Source of the DNA: Mobula hypostoma
Lineage: Eukaryota
DNA: 64,000 nucleotides
Direction: 5' to 3'
Assembly: GCF_963921235.1 (NCBI RefSeq)
Contig: NC_086097.1
Coordinates: 166,844,001 to 166,908,000 of the forward strand
Positions 25,590-38,313 of this stretch are shown piece after piece. The translations under genes were made by a program, and so were the position numbers. The notes under the pieces are model-generated. The model did no database searches and was not told the DNA's origin. It saw only the letters and a list, made by a program, of their open reading frames with translations. The number at the start of each line of letters is the position of its first letter. Within the stretch, counting starts at the first letter, position 1.

Positions 25590-26040
25590 TAATCTAATCC
25601 AGGTCAGATCAGGTTAGTCATCATACCCACGTTAAATCAGGGCGGTGATTGTACCCAGGTTAGATCAGGGCGGTGATCGTACCCAGGTTAGATCGGGGGC
25701 TGATCGTACCCAGGTGAGATCTGGGCGGTGATCGTACCCAGGTGAGATCAGGGGGTGATCGTACCCAGGTGAGATCTGGGCGGTGATCGTACCCAGGTGA
25801 GATCAGGGGGTGATCGTACCCAGGTGAGATCCGGGCGGTGATCATACCCAGGTGAGATCAGGGGGGTGATCGTACCCAGGTGAGATCAGGGGGGTGATCG
25901 TACCCAGGTTAGATCAGTGTAGAGATCTTACCCAGGTTAGATCAGGGCGATGATTGTACCCAGGTTAGATCAAGGAAGAGATTACACTCAGGTTAGATAT
26001 GGGTAGTGATTGTATCCAGTTTAGAGCGGGATACTGATTG
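25590..26040. repeat. Minisatellite, 27-28 bp unit (TGATCGTACCCAGGTGAGATCAGGGCGG-like), about 15 copies
   Basis: Direct tandem units, near-identical at 25640-25920 and decaying at both edges. Confidence 0.95.
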
Positions 26041-26479
26041 TATCGGGTGCAATTGTCTATTTGGGGAAATAACAAGGTATTACCATGTGCAATTCATCTT
26101 GTCATCGGCATTTCGCCATCTCTCATATTCCCAATGATGCTATTTGTTGAACAGCACACTTTACTTCCACTACCAAAATTAATTGAATACAACTCAACCA
26201 TACACCCACAAAGAAGAAATCAAAGCACTGTGATAGAGGTATCGAATGAAAGGTCTTCTTTCCGACATCTATTTCTTCAACACAGCATCTGCAAGCCAGC
26301 TTCCATTTCCATTGCAATCAACCACTTCACTGGTTGTTCCACAACTACAGTTGTTCAAATATTTTTCCATTATAAAATGTAGAACAGTAAACAATAAAAG
26401 AATATTATTAAATTCCCAAGATGTAATAATATTTCTAATTCCTTTCTTTCAGAGTTAAAACAGAGAAAGTGGATAAAGA

Positions 26480-26972
26480 TTCAAAAGGTACACAAATGAT
26501 TCTAGGATTGAATAGCTTGTCATATGAAGAGCATCTGATGGTCCTGGGCCTGTATTCACTAAAATTCAGAAGAATGGAAGGTGACTTCATTGAAACCTAT
26601 CGAATGGTGAAAGGCCTTGATAGAGTGAATGTGGAGAGGATGTTTCCTGTGGTGGGAGAGTCTAAGGCCAGGGGACACAGGCTCAGAGTAGAAGAACGTC
26701 CTTTTAGAATGGAGATGAGGAGGAAACTCTTTAGCCAGAGGGTGGCGAATCAGTGGAATTCTTTGCCACAGGCAGCTGCGGAGGCGAAGTTTGTATGTAC
26801 TGTATACTTAAGGCCGAGGTTGATAGATTCTTGATTGGTCAGGGCATGAAGGGATACAGGGAGAAGGCAGGAGATTGGGGCTGAGAGGAAAATTGGATCG
26901 GCCAGGATGAAATGGTGGAGCAGGCTCAATGGGCCAAATGGCCTAATTTTGCTCCGATATCTTATGGTCTTT
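26480..26972 (+). mobile_element. CR1 LINE 3' end
   Basis: GLNSLSYEEHLMVLGLYSLKFRRMEGDFIETYRMVKGLDRV..RGHRLRV..FSQRVANQWNSLP; tail tcttatggtctt. Confidence 0.92.
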
Positions 26973-27198
26973 ATTCTTAAAGCACAGCAATGAGTGTCAT
27001 GCACATATAATGCATAAATCCCACTCAAACCTTTTTGGGTGATTCTTATTTCTTTGGTTAGATTCCAGTAAGTTAGGATCATTCTGTTGCATTGCCCTTT
27101 TGGAACTGATCTCCCAATTTTTCTTAATTGCCACTGTTACATATAAGTTTATCCAGTAGAAAATAGTATCAATGGTGGAGGTGCCCTCACCCACAGCT

Positions 27199-28221
27199 CC
27201 TTCATCTCTCGGACATCTGTACTCACCCCATCTTCCCACCACCTTAACAACCGCTTGTCTTCACCTACTTTCCCCACAAGCCTCTGCATCAGACATGTCA
27301 TTCTCCACAACTTCCACCATCTTCAACAGGATCCTACCATCAAACACATCGTTACTTCCCCCACTCTCTGCAGGGATCGCTCCCTCCGTGATTCTCTTTC
27401 CTATTCGTCCCTCCCTACTAATCTCCCTTCCGGTACTTAACCCTACAAGTGGAAGAAGTGCTACATCTGTCCATTCACCACCTCCCTCGTCTCCATTCAG
27501 GGCCCCAAGCAGTCCTTCCAGGTGAGGAAACCCTTCAGCTGTGAATCTGTAGGGGTCATCAAGTGTATCCAGTGCTCTCAATGTGAATTCCCTCTACATT
27601 GATGACACCCGACGTAGACTTGGGAACCACTTTGTGCAGTAGCTTTCCTCCATCTGCAAAAAGATGGATTTTCTGGTGGCTAAGCATTTTAATTCCAACC
27701 CCATTCTCCATCTGACATTTCGGTCATGGCCCCCTTTATTTCCACTTTCAGGCTGGAGAAGCAACACCTTATGTTCCATCTGGGTAGCCTCCAACCAGAT
27801 GGCATAACATCGATTTCTCCACCTTCCTGTAATTTTCTCCCTCCCCTTCTCTTTTCTTCAATTCACTGCTCTGGTCCCCCTCTTATCTCTTCTCTTCTAT
27901 TTGCCTAACATCTCCCCCTGGTGCCCCTGCTTCTACCCTTTCTCCCACAGTCCACTCTCCTCTCCTATCAGATTTCTTCTTCTCCAGCTGTTTAACTTTT
28001 CTACCCAGCACCTTCTCACTTCTTACTTCATTCTTCTCCCCCACCCATATGGCTTCATCTATCACATTCTATCTCGTACTCTTTCCCCTCCGCCCACCTT
28101 ATTCTGGCTTCTTCCCTCTTCCTTTCCAGTCCTGATGAAGGGTCTCTGCTCAAAACGTTGACTCTTTATACATTTCCATAGAGGTTGCCTGACCTGCTGA
28201 GTTCCTCCAGTACTTCGTGTG
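27199..28221 (+). mobile_element. Penelope-like element 3' part (GIY-YIG, pseudo-LTR)
   Basis: LCIRHVILHNFHHLQQDPT; IQGPKQSFQVR; LYIDDTRRRLGNHF; LEKQHLMFHLGSLQPDG; decayed hammerhead at about 28127-28163. Confidence 0.88.
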
Positions 28222-28656
28222 AAGTGCTCATTTTGGTACCTCTTCAAGGTGTTTGGGGTTCAGCCTCCAGAATCCTTGCCAGGCCTGACACCCTTTGGGT
28301 GAAAATGATTCTTGAATTCTCTAATCTTGAACAGGATTTTGAAACTATATCTGTTGGGCCATGGACAGGCACTTCAATAGGCAAAGCACAAGGTCCCAAA
28401 GTGAACAATGGGCAGGACGTTGATTCCCAATCTACATCCTCAGCCCTTGCACTTCCTCTGCTCTGTACTCTGTTCTTCTTTTTACTACCTCGATGAAATT
28501 ACGTATGGCATGGTCCATCTGGATGACATACAAAACAAAAAGTTTTCCACTGTATTTCAGTACATGTGATAATAAGAAACCTATCCAATCAGGTGCAAGC
28601 CTAAACTCCTTTCTCAGATTCACATGGCCCTTAATTCCTTAATCTGCCGAAAATTT

Positions 28657-29633
28657 CAAGTCGAGTCAAGTCACTTTTTAGTCATTTCAACCATAACTGC
28701 TGGTACAGAACATAGTCAAAATGAGACGACGTTTTTCAGGACCATGGTGCTACATGAAACAATACAAAAACTACACTGAACATCATAAGAAAAAACACAA
28801 AAACTACACTAGGCTACAGACCTATCCAAGACTGTATGAACTGCACAAACCAGTGCAGGCACTACAATAAATAATAAACAAGACAATAGGCACAGTAGAG
28901 GGCAGTAGGTTGGTGTCAAGCCAGGCTCTGGGTATTGAGGAGTCTGATGGCTTGGGGGAAGAAACTGTTACATAGTCTGGTCGTGAGAGCCCGAATGCTT
29001 CGTTGCCTTTTGCCAGATGGCAGGAGGGAGAAGAGTTTATATGAGGGGTGCGTGGGGTCCTTCATAATGCTGTTTGCTTTGTGGATGCAGCGTGTGGTGT
29101 AAATGTCTGTGATGGTGGGAAGAGAGACCACAATGACCTTCTCAGCTGACCTCACTATCCGCTGCAGAGTCTTACAATCCGAGATGGTACAATTTCTGAA
29201 CCAGGCCGTGATGCAGCTGCTCAGGATGCTCTCAATACAACCTCTGTAGAATGTGGTGAGGATGGGGGAAGCGGGGGAGATGGACTTTTCTCAGCCTTTG
29301 CAGAAAGTAGAGATGCTGCTGGGCTTTCTTTGCTATGGAGCTGGTGTTGAGGGACCAGGTGAGATTCTCCGCCAGGTGAACACCAAGAAATTTGGTGCTC
29401 TTAACGATCTCTACGGAGGAGTCATCAATGTTCAGTGGAGAGTGGTCGCTCCATGTCCCCCTGAAGTCAACAACCATCTCTTTTGCTTTGTTTACATTCA
29501 GAGACAGGTTGTTGGCTCTGCACCTCCTCTCTGTATGCTGATTCATCATTCTTATTGATGAGACCCACCATGGTCGTGTCATCGGCGAACTTGATGATGT
29601 GGTTCGAGCTGTGTGTTGTAGCACAGTCGTGGG
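28657..29633 (-). mobile_element. Rex1/Babar-like LINE 3' part (RT C-terminus and tail)
   Basis: THDCATTHSSNHIIKFADDTTMVGLI; NNLSLNVNKAKEMVVDFR; KFLGVHLAENLTWS; LLPSGKR.RSIRALTTRLCNSFFPQAIRLLN; (GACTT)n tail. Confidence 0.9.
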
Positions 29634-30283
29634 TTTTTTCCCACCTACACTTTAAATATCTCAGCTCTAAACAGCTCACCTGGGAATTGGCTTAAGAATT
29701 TGGGTCACTGTGTTAATAGTAGCAGTCTTTAGATACACAGGACAGAGATACACAGAGCCAACACACGGAATTGTTCATTAATTCACTGGAGCTCCTGCAT
29801 TGGTTTACGGGACGATGTACTGACTGGTGTGAAGTGGTACTGGTCTCCGTGGACTATAGCAGATTCAAGGAAATACGTTGGATGTTTGTGTGTCATTGGC
29901 AGGAGGAAATGGATACATTTTGATGCTGGGATAAAGTTGGGAGGGTGACAGGTGATCGGTTACAGAAAGATTTTGGAAGGGTTAAAACTGGATCGGATTG
30001 ATGGATGGATGTATAGATAGTTTATTGATCCCAAAGGAAATTACAGTGTCACTGTAGGATTACAAGTACATGGATATACAAATATTTAAAGAGAAGAATA
30101 AAAAAACAAGTTACCTCAAAATAAAGATTTACAAGTTCACACTGATAAGACTGTAATGCAAAAATTACTGTAATATATTATACAGTAATGGGTACACATT
30201 CACATTGTCCAGATAAGAACTGATGGCAGTATTGCACCTGTTACATACTTCATGGATATCTTGTGATTGTCTTATGAGGATGA

Positions 30284-31041
30284 TGTAATGGTTCTTGCGG
30301 AGGTCACATGATGTAATTTTCCCGCCAGTGAGGTCACTTGATGACCTGTTCAGGAGACCCCTGGTGACATAGTTAGTTTTCAGTTAGCTTTGTGTTAGAT
30401 ACTCCGTTTTGCCGCGTATTAGGCTTATGACACAGTTTTGTTTTAAAGTGGAGTTCTACTTTCTGTTGTAAGTAGTATTGGAGAGTGAAGACCTTACCAA
30501 AATACAGGAATTTGCCAAGTCAAGTAAAGCTGATATCGTTTGGCAATTTTGGAAAGGATCGACTTTTATTGAATCTTCGTTTAAGTAAAAGTGACCTGCA
30601 ACTGAGATATTCCCCTGTTAAAGTAGGAAGGATAGTGCAGTGTCTATTCGCCAAAGGAAAAGGTCAGTTCCTTTAAACTGTTTTATTTCCGTCGTCGTGA
30701 ATCCTGAGGACAAGGCAGGTTCCGGCTGGGATCAGCAGTAACAACACATCTTCGAGGAATTCTTTACTTCAGGGAAGTCTCTCCTAATTGACTGCATAAA
30801 TCTCTTGGACTTTCGAATTTACCATTCTAAGAACTGTGTTCAAATTTACCACTTTAAGAACTGTTTTCGCATTTACCCTTTTAAGAACTATTCCAGAGTT
30901 GCCATATAGCAGCTAATTTCCGGTTAAGTCAGTCGTTTCAATATATTTCGCTATATTCTTGAGCAGAGTTTAATAAATGTTTGTTTGTTTTTTTTATAAA
31001 ACCTGACTCAATTGATATTCATAGTTGCCAGTCTCGTGACA
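30284..31041 (+). mobile_element. Probable solo LTR
   Basis: TGTAATG...CGTGACA termini, AATAAA at about 30972, internal short tandem repeats (tttaccattctaagaactg x3), CpG-richer than flanks; no clear TSD. Confidence 0.55.
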
Positions 31042-31564
31042 CACCGTATTGCACAGGGTGCTGTATAAATTAAGGGCAGAAAGAAAGTGATCCAGAGAAT
31101 GTCAATTGGGAGTTGGTGAGAGCTTACAGCAGAGACCCAGCACACTGTGCACGTTTCCTTGGATGCCAACATGACAGGCAGCACATTTCCACTACAGACA
31201 GCCCACCATGAAAGAAACCCTTTTTACTCAAGTAAACAGGCACGTATCAACATATTTGCACCAAGTAACTTTAAACTTAATACGTCTTGCAGCTTCAGTG
31301 CAGTAACATGCTTACCTTGGAAGTAAGTCTCAGAATAAATTCTAAGGAGTCTCACTGGTTCTCTGGTGAGGTCACTTTGAGAGCTGTGACTAGGGTCACG
31401 GAGCATCAACAAAAACAATTAGCATTTATATAGCACCTTCAATTGAATAAATAATCTGAAGGTATTTCCCTAAATCAAGATCAAAGAGGTAGGTTTTTAT
31501 GGAGCATCTTAAAGGAGTAAGTAAGATGGACAGGTGGAAAGAATCAAAGATGGAATCAAAAGAT

Positions 31565-34500
31565 GGGGCCTCAGTAACAGTCAGGAGAGGGAAGGGCAGG
31601 AGTCAGAGGCTAGAGAGTACCCCTGTGACTGTACCCCTTAACAATAAGTACCCCTGCTTGAGCACTGTTGGGAGGGGGAAGGAGGAAGAGGCAGTTGGCT
31701 CACAAATAGAGAAAGCTTGGAGACAGTGCGAGAGGAAGGATAGGCAGGTGATAGAGAAGGGACGCACTCAGGCCAATGGTTTGAGATATGCCTATTTTAA
31801 ATCAAGCAGTATCATAAACGAAGTGGGTGAGCTTAGAGCGTGGATCAGTACTTGGAGCTATGGTGCTGTGGCCATTACAGAGTCTTGGATGGCTCAGGGA
31901 CAGGAATGGTAACTTCCAGTGCCAGGCTTTAGATGTTTCAGAAAGGACAGGGAGGGAGACAAAAGAGGTGGGGGTGTGGCACTGCCGATCAGAGATAGTG
32001 TCACAGCTGCAGAAAAGGATGAAGTCATGGAGGGATTGCCTACAGAGTCTCTGTGGGCAGTAGTTAGGAACAGGAAGGGCTTAATAACTCTACTGGGTGT
32101 TTTTTATAGACAGGGACATTGAGGAGCAGATGAGGAGACAGATTCTGGAAAGGTGTAATAATAACAGGGTTGTTGTGGTGGGGGATTTTAATTTCCCACA
32201 TATCCATTGGCATCCCCCTAGAGTGAGGGGTTTAGATGGGGTGGAGTTTGTTAGTTGTGTTCAGGACGGTTTTTTCACACAATATTTATATAAGCCTACA
32301 AGAGGAGAGGCTGTACTCGATCTGGTTTTGGGAAATGAACCTGGTCAGGTGTCAGATCTTTCAGCGAGAGCGCAGTTTAGAGATAGTGATCATAATTCTA
32401 TCTCCTTTATCATAGCATTAGAGAGAGATAGGAACAGACAAGTTAGGAAAGCGTTTAATTGGAGTAAGGAGAAATATGAGTCTATCAGGCAGGAACTTGG
32501 AAGCATAAATTGGAAACAGATGTTCTCAGGGAAACATATGGAAGAAATGTGGCAAATGTTCAGGGAATATTTGCGTGGAGTTCTGCATAGATACGTTCCA
32601 ATGAGACAGGGAAAGGATGGTAGGGTACAGGAACCGTGGGGTACAAAGGCTGTTGTAAATCTAGTCAAGAAGGAAAAAAGAGCTTACGAAACGTTCAAAA
32701 AACTAGGTAATGATAGAGATCTAGAAGATTATAAGGCTAGCAGGAAGGAGCTTAAGAATGAAATTAGGAGAGCCAGAAGGGGCCATGAGAAGGCCTTGGT
32801 GGACAGGATTACGGAAAACCCCAACACACTCTACAAGTATGTGAAGAGCAAGAGGATAAGACATGAGAGAATAGGACCAATCAAGTGTGACAGTGGAAAA
32901 GTATGTGGAACTGGAGGAGATAGCAGAGGTACTTAATGAATACTTTGCTTCAGTATTCACTACGGAAAAGGATCTTGGCAATTGTAGATATGACTTTTAG
33001 TGGATGGAAAATCTTGAGTATGTAGATATTAAGGAAAAGGATGTGCTGCAGCTTTTGCAAAGCATCAAGTTGGATAAGTCACTGCGACCGGACGAGATGT
33101 ACCCCAGGCTATTGTGGGAGGCAAGAGAGGAGACTGCTGAGCCTCTGCTGATGATCTTTGCATCATCAATGGGGACGGAAGAGGTTCCGGAGGATTGGAG
33201 GGTTGCGGATGTTGTTCCCTTATTCAAGAAAGGGAGTAGAGCTAGCCCAGGAAATTATAGACCAGTGAGTCTCACTTCAGTGGTTGTTAAGTTGATGGAG
33301 AAGATCCTGAGAGGTAGGATTTATGAACACTTGGAGAAGCATAATATGATTAGGAATAGTCAGCATGGCTTTGTCTTATGAGTCTAACTGAATTTTTTGA
33401 GGATGTCACTGAACACATTGATAAAGGTAGAGCAGTAGATGTAGTGTATATGGATTTCAGCAAGGCATTTGATAAGGTTCCCCATGCAAGGCTTATTGAG
33501 AAAGTAAGGAGGCATGGGACCCAAGGGGACATTGCTTTGTGGATCCAGAACTGGTTTGCCCACAGAAGGCAAAGAGTGGTTGTAGGTGGGTCATATTCTG
33601 CATGGAGGTCTGTGACAAGTGGTGTGTCGCAGGGATCTGTTCTGGGACCCCTACTCTTCATGATTTTTATAAATGACCTGGATGAGGAAGTGGAGGGATG
33701 GGTTAGTGAATTTGCTGATGACACAAAGGTTGGGGGTCTTGTTGATAGTGTGAAGGGCTGTCAGAGGTTACAGCGGGACATTAATAAGATGCAAAACTGG
33801 GCTGAGAAGTGGCAGATGGAGTTCAACCCAGATAAGTGTGAGGAGGTTCATTCTGGTAGGTCAAATATGATGGCAGAATATAGTATTAATGGTAAGACTC
33901 TTGACAATGTGGAGGATCAGAGGGATCTTGGGGTCCGAGTCCATAGGACACTCAAAGCTGCTGCGCAGGTTGACTCTGTGGTTAAGCGGCATACGATCCA
34001 TTGGCCATGATCAATCGTGGGATTGAGTCTGGGAGCCGAGAGGTAATGTTGCGGCTATTTAGGACCCTGGTCAGACCCCACTTGGAGCACTGTGCTCAGT
34101 TCTGGGTTCCTCACTATAGGAAGGATGTGGAAACCATTGAAAGGGTGCAGAGGAGATGTTGCCTGGATTGGGGAGCATGCCTTATGAGAACAGGTTGAGT
34201 GATCTCAGCCTTTTCTCCTTGGAGTGATGGAGGATGAGAGGTGACCTGACAGAAGTGTATAAGATGATGAGGGGCATTGATCGTGTGGATATTCAGAGGC
34301 TTTTTCCCAGGGCTGAAATGGCTAGCACGCGAGGGCACAGTTTTAAGGTACTTGGAAGTAGGTACAGAGGAGAAATCAAGGGTAAGTTTATTACGCAGAG
34401 AGTGGTGAGTGCGTGGGATGGGCTGTTGGCGGCGGTGGTGGAGGCGGATATGATAGGGTCTTTTAAGGGACTCCTGGACAGATATATGAAGCTCAGAAAA

Positions 34501-34607
34501 ATAGAGGGCTATGGGTAACCCTAGGTAATTTCTAAGGTAAGGACATGTTCGGCACAGCTTTGTGGGCCGAAGGGCCTGTATTGTGCTGTAGGTTTTCTAT
34601 GTTTCTA
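31565..34607 (+). mobile_element. CR1 LINE, near-complete ORF2 (APE endonuclease and RT) with an ORF1 remnant; frameshifted
   Basis: VAITESW, VVVGDFNFPHIHW, LDLVLGN, SDHNSI (endonuclease); NYRPVSLTSVV, YMDFSKAFDKVPH, GVSQGSVLGPLLF, FADDTK (RT); tail ttctatgtttcta; ORF1 piece VPLNNKY..LSTVG. Confidence 0.97.
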
Positions 34608-36659
34608 CTTAGCTTAGAGTGATGGGGCTGCAAACAAGACTGCTGATGGTGAAGTGATTGGGATTGGAAGAGCAAAGATTTCTCAGAGGACAAACAAATC
34701 AGGTGATGAATAGCGATGAAATGAATCCCAGAAGGTGGTAGGACAGGTAGATCAGGTGGTTAAAATCAAAATGACAAAACCTGAAACAAAAACCAAAAAT
34801 GATGGAAACACTAGAATGTCAGACTGGATCTATGGAAGGAGAAGCAGTGTTAACACACCCACTCTGCAACTTGCTTTCTTTCTTTCCAGTTCTGAACAAA
34901 GGCCTTTGCTCCAAAACATTAGTTCTGTTTTACAGTGGTTTGTAGAACAGACAAGATATGTGCTTTTAATGTAAGTGACATGGAATTCAAGAGCAGGGTG
35001 GATATACTAGAACTGAATACAGCATTAGTTAGGCCACAGCTGGCACATTGCATATACTTCTGGTCACCATATCACTGGAAAGTTCCAGTGACTCTAGAGA
35101 CAGTGTAGAGGAGATTTATGCAGGTGTTACCAGAAATTTTGAGTAAAATAGAGACTGAGGTCAGTAACAAGTTGCATTGATTTAAGTTAAATTGTCTGAA
35201 AATTTTAAAGAGGGAACTGAGGAAAATAATTCATTCACAGCAGTTCTCACCATATTTAATATAAACAGTGCCTGGATGAATAGTTGAAAACCCATAACCT
35301 TCAGGGCTGTGGGATAAGACCTAGGCAATGTGATTAAACCAAATTCCACCACTGACTGGCAGGGACCCAGAGGGCCAACTACTCATCCAGTCTCCATGTT
35401 TCTATAGTTCTGTGGCCATAGGGTTGGAAGGTGGTTCGAGATACAGTAAAGGTTTAAAAGGGAAAGTTGGCACCTGGATTGGCCTGCTCAAGGACTGGAC
35501 TGAAGGGCCCATTTCCATGTTGTATTACCCTGTGACTCTATGAGCAGAAGTGATGGAAGACTTTTCAAAATTCTGCTTAATTAGAAGCCAATATAACAAA
35601 CGGGGGGTTGTGGGTCAATGCAGATCAGGAAAAGGCAGCAAGATTTTGGATGAACTACAGTTTATGGAAAATAGAGGATGGACGGAACGTTGATCATGGC
35701 ACCGTTGGAAGAGTCAATTCCAGATGGGCATGATGGAGGTTTCTGCAGCAGAGGTAAGCAGGGACCAAGACATTGTGGTTCAGAAAACTGGACTCCACAG
35801 TAACCCCCTCAACAGACATGCATGGAATACTGTTTCAGCTGCAGTGGATAAGCAACACACCAATGCCAAACAAATTAGAAATAATGTCAGAAAAATATTC
35901 ACAGTAAGAAAGATCATCCAAAACAATGGACTCGGATAGGTTTAGTGGAGCCAAAAACAGTAATAAACAGCTGGATGCCATCCTAGGGATTTTTTTCTCA
36001 CATAAACTGAAGTATTTAATGAGCAATCGTCTGTTTTTCTTTGTTTTCTTAGTTGTATTCCCTTGTGCTCAATTTCTTTTTGTCTTCTCTTCTGTTTTTT
36101 CTTTCATACTTTGATCCTTTCTCTCCCTTTGTTCAAGTTTCAACAAATGTTCAGCCACTGTGTGAGTTCCTGCAACACTGACATTCCCATAAAGCAGAGA
36201 GCTTATGTTATAGTAAACATTCTCCCCGTAAAAAAAGTTGTGCACATGAGGCAAGAGTATTAGTAAATACTCCAGAAGTGACCAAAGTCTCCATTTCAAA
36301 GACTAATGCCTGTGGACTATAATTATTGTACTAGACAGAAGCAATAAAATTGTGTTGCACATCATCTTATTTTCTGGGGCACCATTTTATAGGCTAAATC
36401 TGAAAACTAAATTGTAACTTAGAAAGGAAGTGCATTAAATCAATTTTATATTTCAATTTTAATCACTAGAAATTTAAGCTTACACTGTTAAACGAGTTGC
36501 CTTTACTAAAACCTAACAGGGAATGGCAAAAACAATTCAAAATGCAAAAACATTTGATGCTCGAGACTTATACAACATAGAAAGTGTGCCCTCTAGTCCA
36601 TGAAATCTGTACCAACGTTAAATTAACACTATTTTATTCTCCACGCATTCCTATCTACT

Positions 36660-36780
36660 AGACAGATATATGGAGGAATTTAAGGTGGGGGCTTATATGG
36701 GAGGCAGGGTTTGAGGGTCGGCACAACATTGTGGGCCGAAGGGCCTGTACTGTGCTGTACTATTCTATGTTCTATGTTCT
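36660..36780 (+). mobile_element. CR1 extreme 3' end (5'-truncated)
   Basis: ggcacaacattgtgggccgaagggcctgtactgtgctgt-(ttctatg)n, the same tail as at 34550-34607. Confidence 0.85.
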
Positions 36781-36784
36781 CCTA

Positions 36785-36985
36785 AAAGATTCCACACTCA
36801 CCTGCACAGGAGGAGTATTTTGCAGTGGCCAATCTATCACCCCCTACATCTTTGGAACATGGAAGGAAACGAGAACACCCAGAGGAAACCCACACAGCCA
36901 CAGGAAGGACCTGCAGACTCCACACAGACAGCTTTGGAAGTCAGATTGAACCTAGGTCACTGAAGCTAGGAGGCAGCAGCTTCGT
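36785..36985 (-). mobile_element. V-SINE fragment
   Basis: Antisense V-domain acatctttggaacatggaaggaaacgagaacaccc..gcagactccacacagaca. Confidence 0.65.
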
Positions 36986-37789
36986 GTCAATGGCATGGGA
37001 AACACAACTTTGATTAAAGATGCTCCTCTTCACTTTCTATGTTACAACAATGAACACACTTCAGAAAGTAGTCCATAGGCCTTAAAGCACTCTGAGGCTT
37101 CTTAAGAGTATTTAATAAGTTCTATGCAAATGCAAGAATTTCTCTTTAGTGTAGGAAAAATAAGCATCATCCTTATACTGCAAGTCAGTCAATGTGGCAT
37201 TTATTGATGCTAAATAAGATGAAGTTCACACATTTAAACTTCCTTTAGAAATAGGATGTCTGTTACACTCACCCATTTCTAGACTCAATAATTACCTCGT
37301 GCATTTTTCGTTAGATGGCAGATGGAGATTTGTCATTGCAATGCTGCATTAGACTCTCCCAGCAGCATAGAATTTATTAATTTACACTTAAAGTAAAAAC
37401 AAAAAAATGTTACACTCAGCAGGATGAGCAGCATCAGTAGAAAGAGAAAAAGTTAATAAATGGTCATATACTTGACCATGAACTATTTCTCTTCCCACAG
37501 ATAGTCTGACTTGCTGCATGTTTCCAGCATTTCCTGTTTTTATTTCAGATTTTCTTCAGCCAGTTTTTTTTGTTTTTGTTTTGATTCTCATGTATAGATT
37601 TTCTTTAGACAAACTGAATTCTTTAACTCAATGAGTCAGCTGACACCAACCAAAATCTGCAGCGACAAGGAAGACAGCTTCAAGCAGCATCACAACTAAA
37701 CTGCAAATGTCACAGCTACTTCAAATGCATGCCTATTAACCATCAGCTTTTAATGCAACATATAAACAGGGGGCCAGCAATACAATAGC

Positions 37790-38066
37790 TTTATTTTATT
37801 ATTTATTTAGAGATACAGTGCACAGTGGGCCCTTCTGGCTCTTTGAGCCGCCCAGCCCCAGAAACCCCCTAGGCCAATCACAGGACAATTTACAATGACC
37901 AATTAGCCTACCAACTGATACGTCTTTGGAGTGTGGAAGGAAACCAGAGCACCTGGAGAAAACCCATGCATTCCACTGGGAGGATGCACAGACTCAGGAA
38001 AGAGCTCTGAACTCCGACACCTCAAGATGTAATAGTGTTGCTTTAACTGCTCCGCTACTGTGTTGC
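37790..38066 (-). mobile_element. tRNA-derived V-SINE (same family as 4456-4742)
   Basis: gacaatttacaatgaccaatta..cgtctttggagtgtggaaggaaaccagagcacc..ctgaactccga; (TAAA)n tail on the minus strand. Confidence 0.75.
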
Positions 38067-38150
38067 TTTGCAGCTCATGGGTTTTGAAAAGAAGGTTCTT
38101 TAAAGTCTCAGGAAACAGGATGTAGGGAAAGCAAAGAGAAAGAAAATTAC

Positions 38151-38313
38151 CAGTTCTTCACTCTGGAACTCTGGGTTGTACTGTGCCATGTCCTCTGTTG
38201 GTGGTTGCTGAACTAAACTTTTACAGACGAGCCATGTAGCCAAGCCAGCAACAAACATTCCAACATCTGGAGCAAAGAGTCTAATAATGTTCCCAGCATC
38301 TGCCCCACTCACA
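38151..38313 (-). CDS. PIEZO2: PIEZO2 coding exon, 163 bp (probably equivalent to human exon 5): (S)VSGADAGNIIRLFAPDVGMFVAGLATWLVCKSLVQQPPTEDMAQYNPEFQSEEL
   Basis: Peptide resembles recalled PIEZO2 LKGADAGNGIRVFVPDIGMFIASLTIWLLCRNIVQKPVTDEAAQSNPEFENEEL. Minus-strand acceptor ttcttcacag|T and donor CTG|gtaatt; ends in phase 0, matching the next exon. Confidence 0.95.

Noticed and set aside
25590..26040. CRISPR-like array
   Set aside because: Units are directly tandem with no unique spacers, and the context is a vertebrate intron with no cas genes; it is a minisatellite.
26038..26458. 114-aa ORF and overlapping ORFs in non-repeat sequence
   Set aside because: No recognisable motif, a non-ATG start, and no splice-consistent link to PIEZO2.
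32097..34518. Long ORFs as a host gene or an active retrotransposon
   Set aside because: They are frameshifted pieces of CR1 ORF2 with stops and deletions; not functional.
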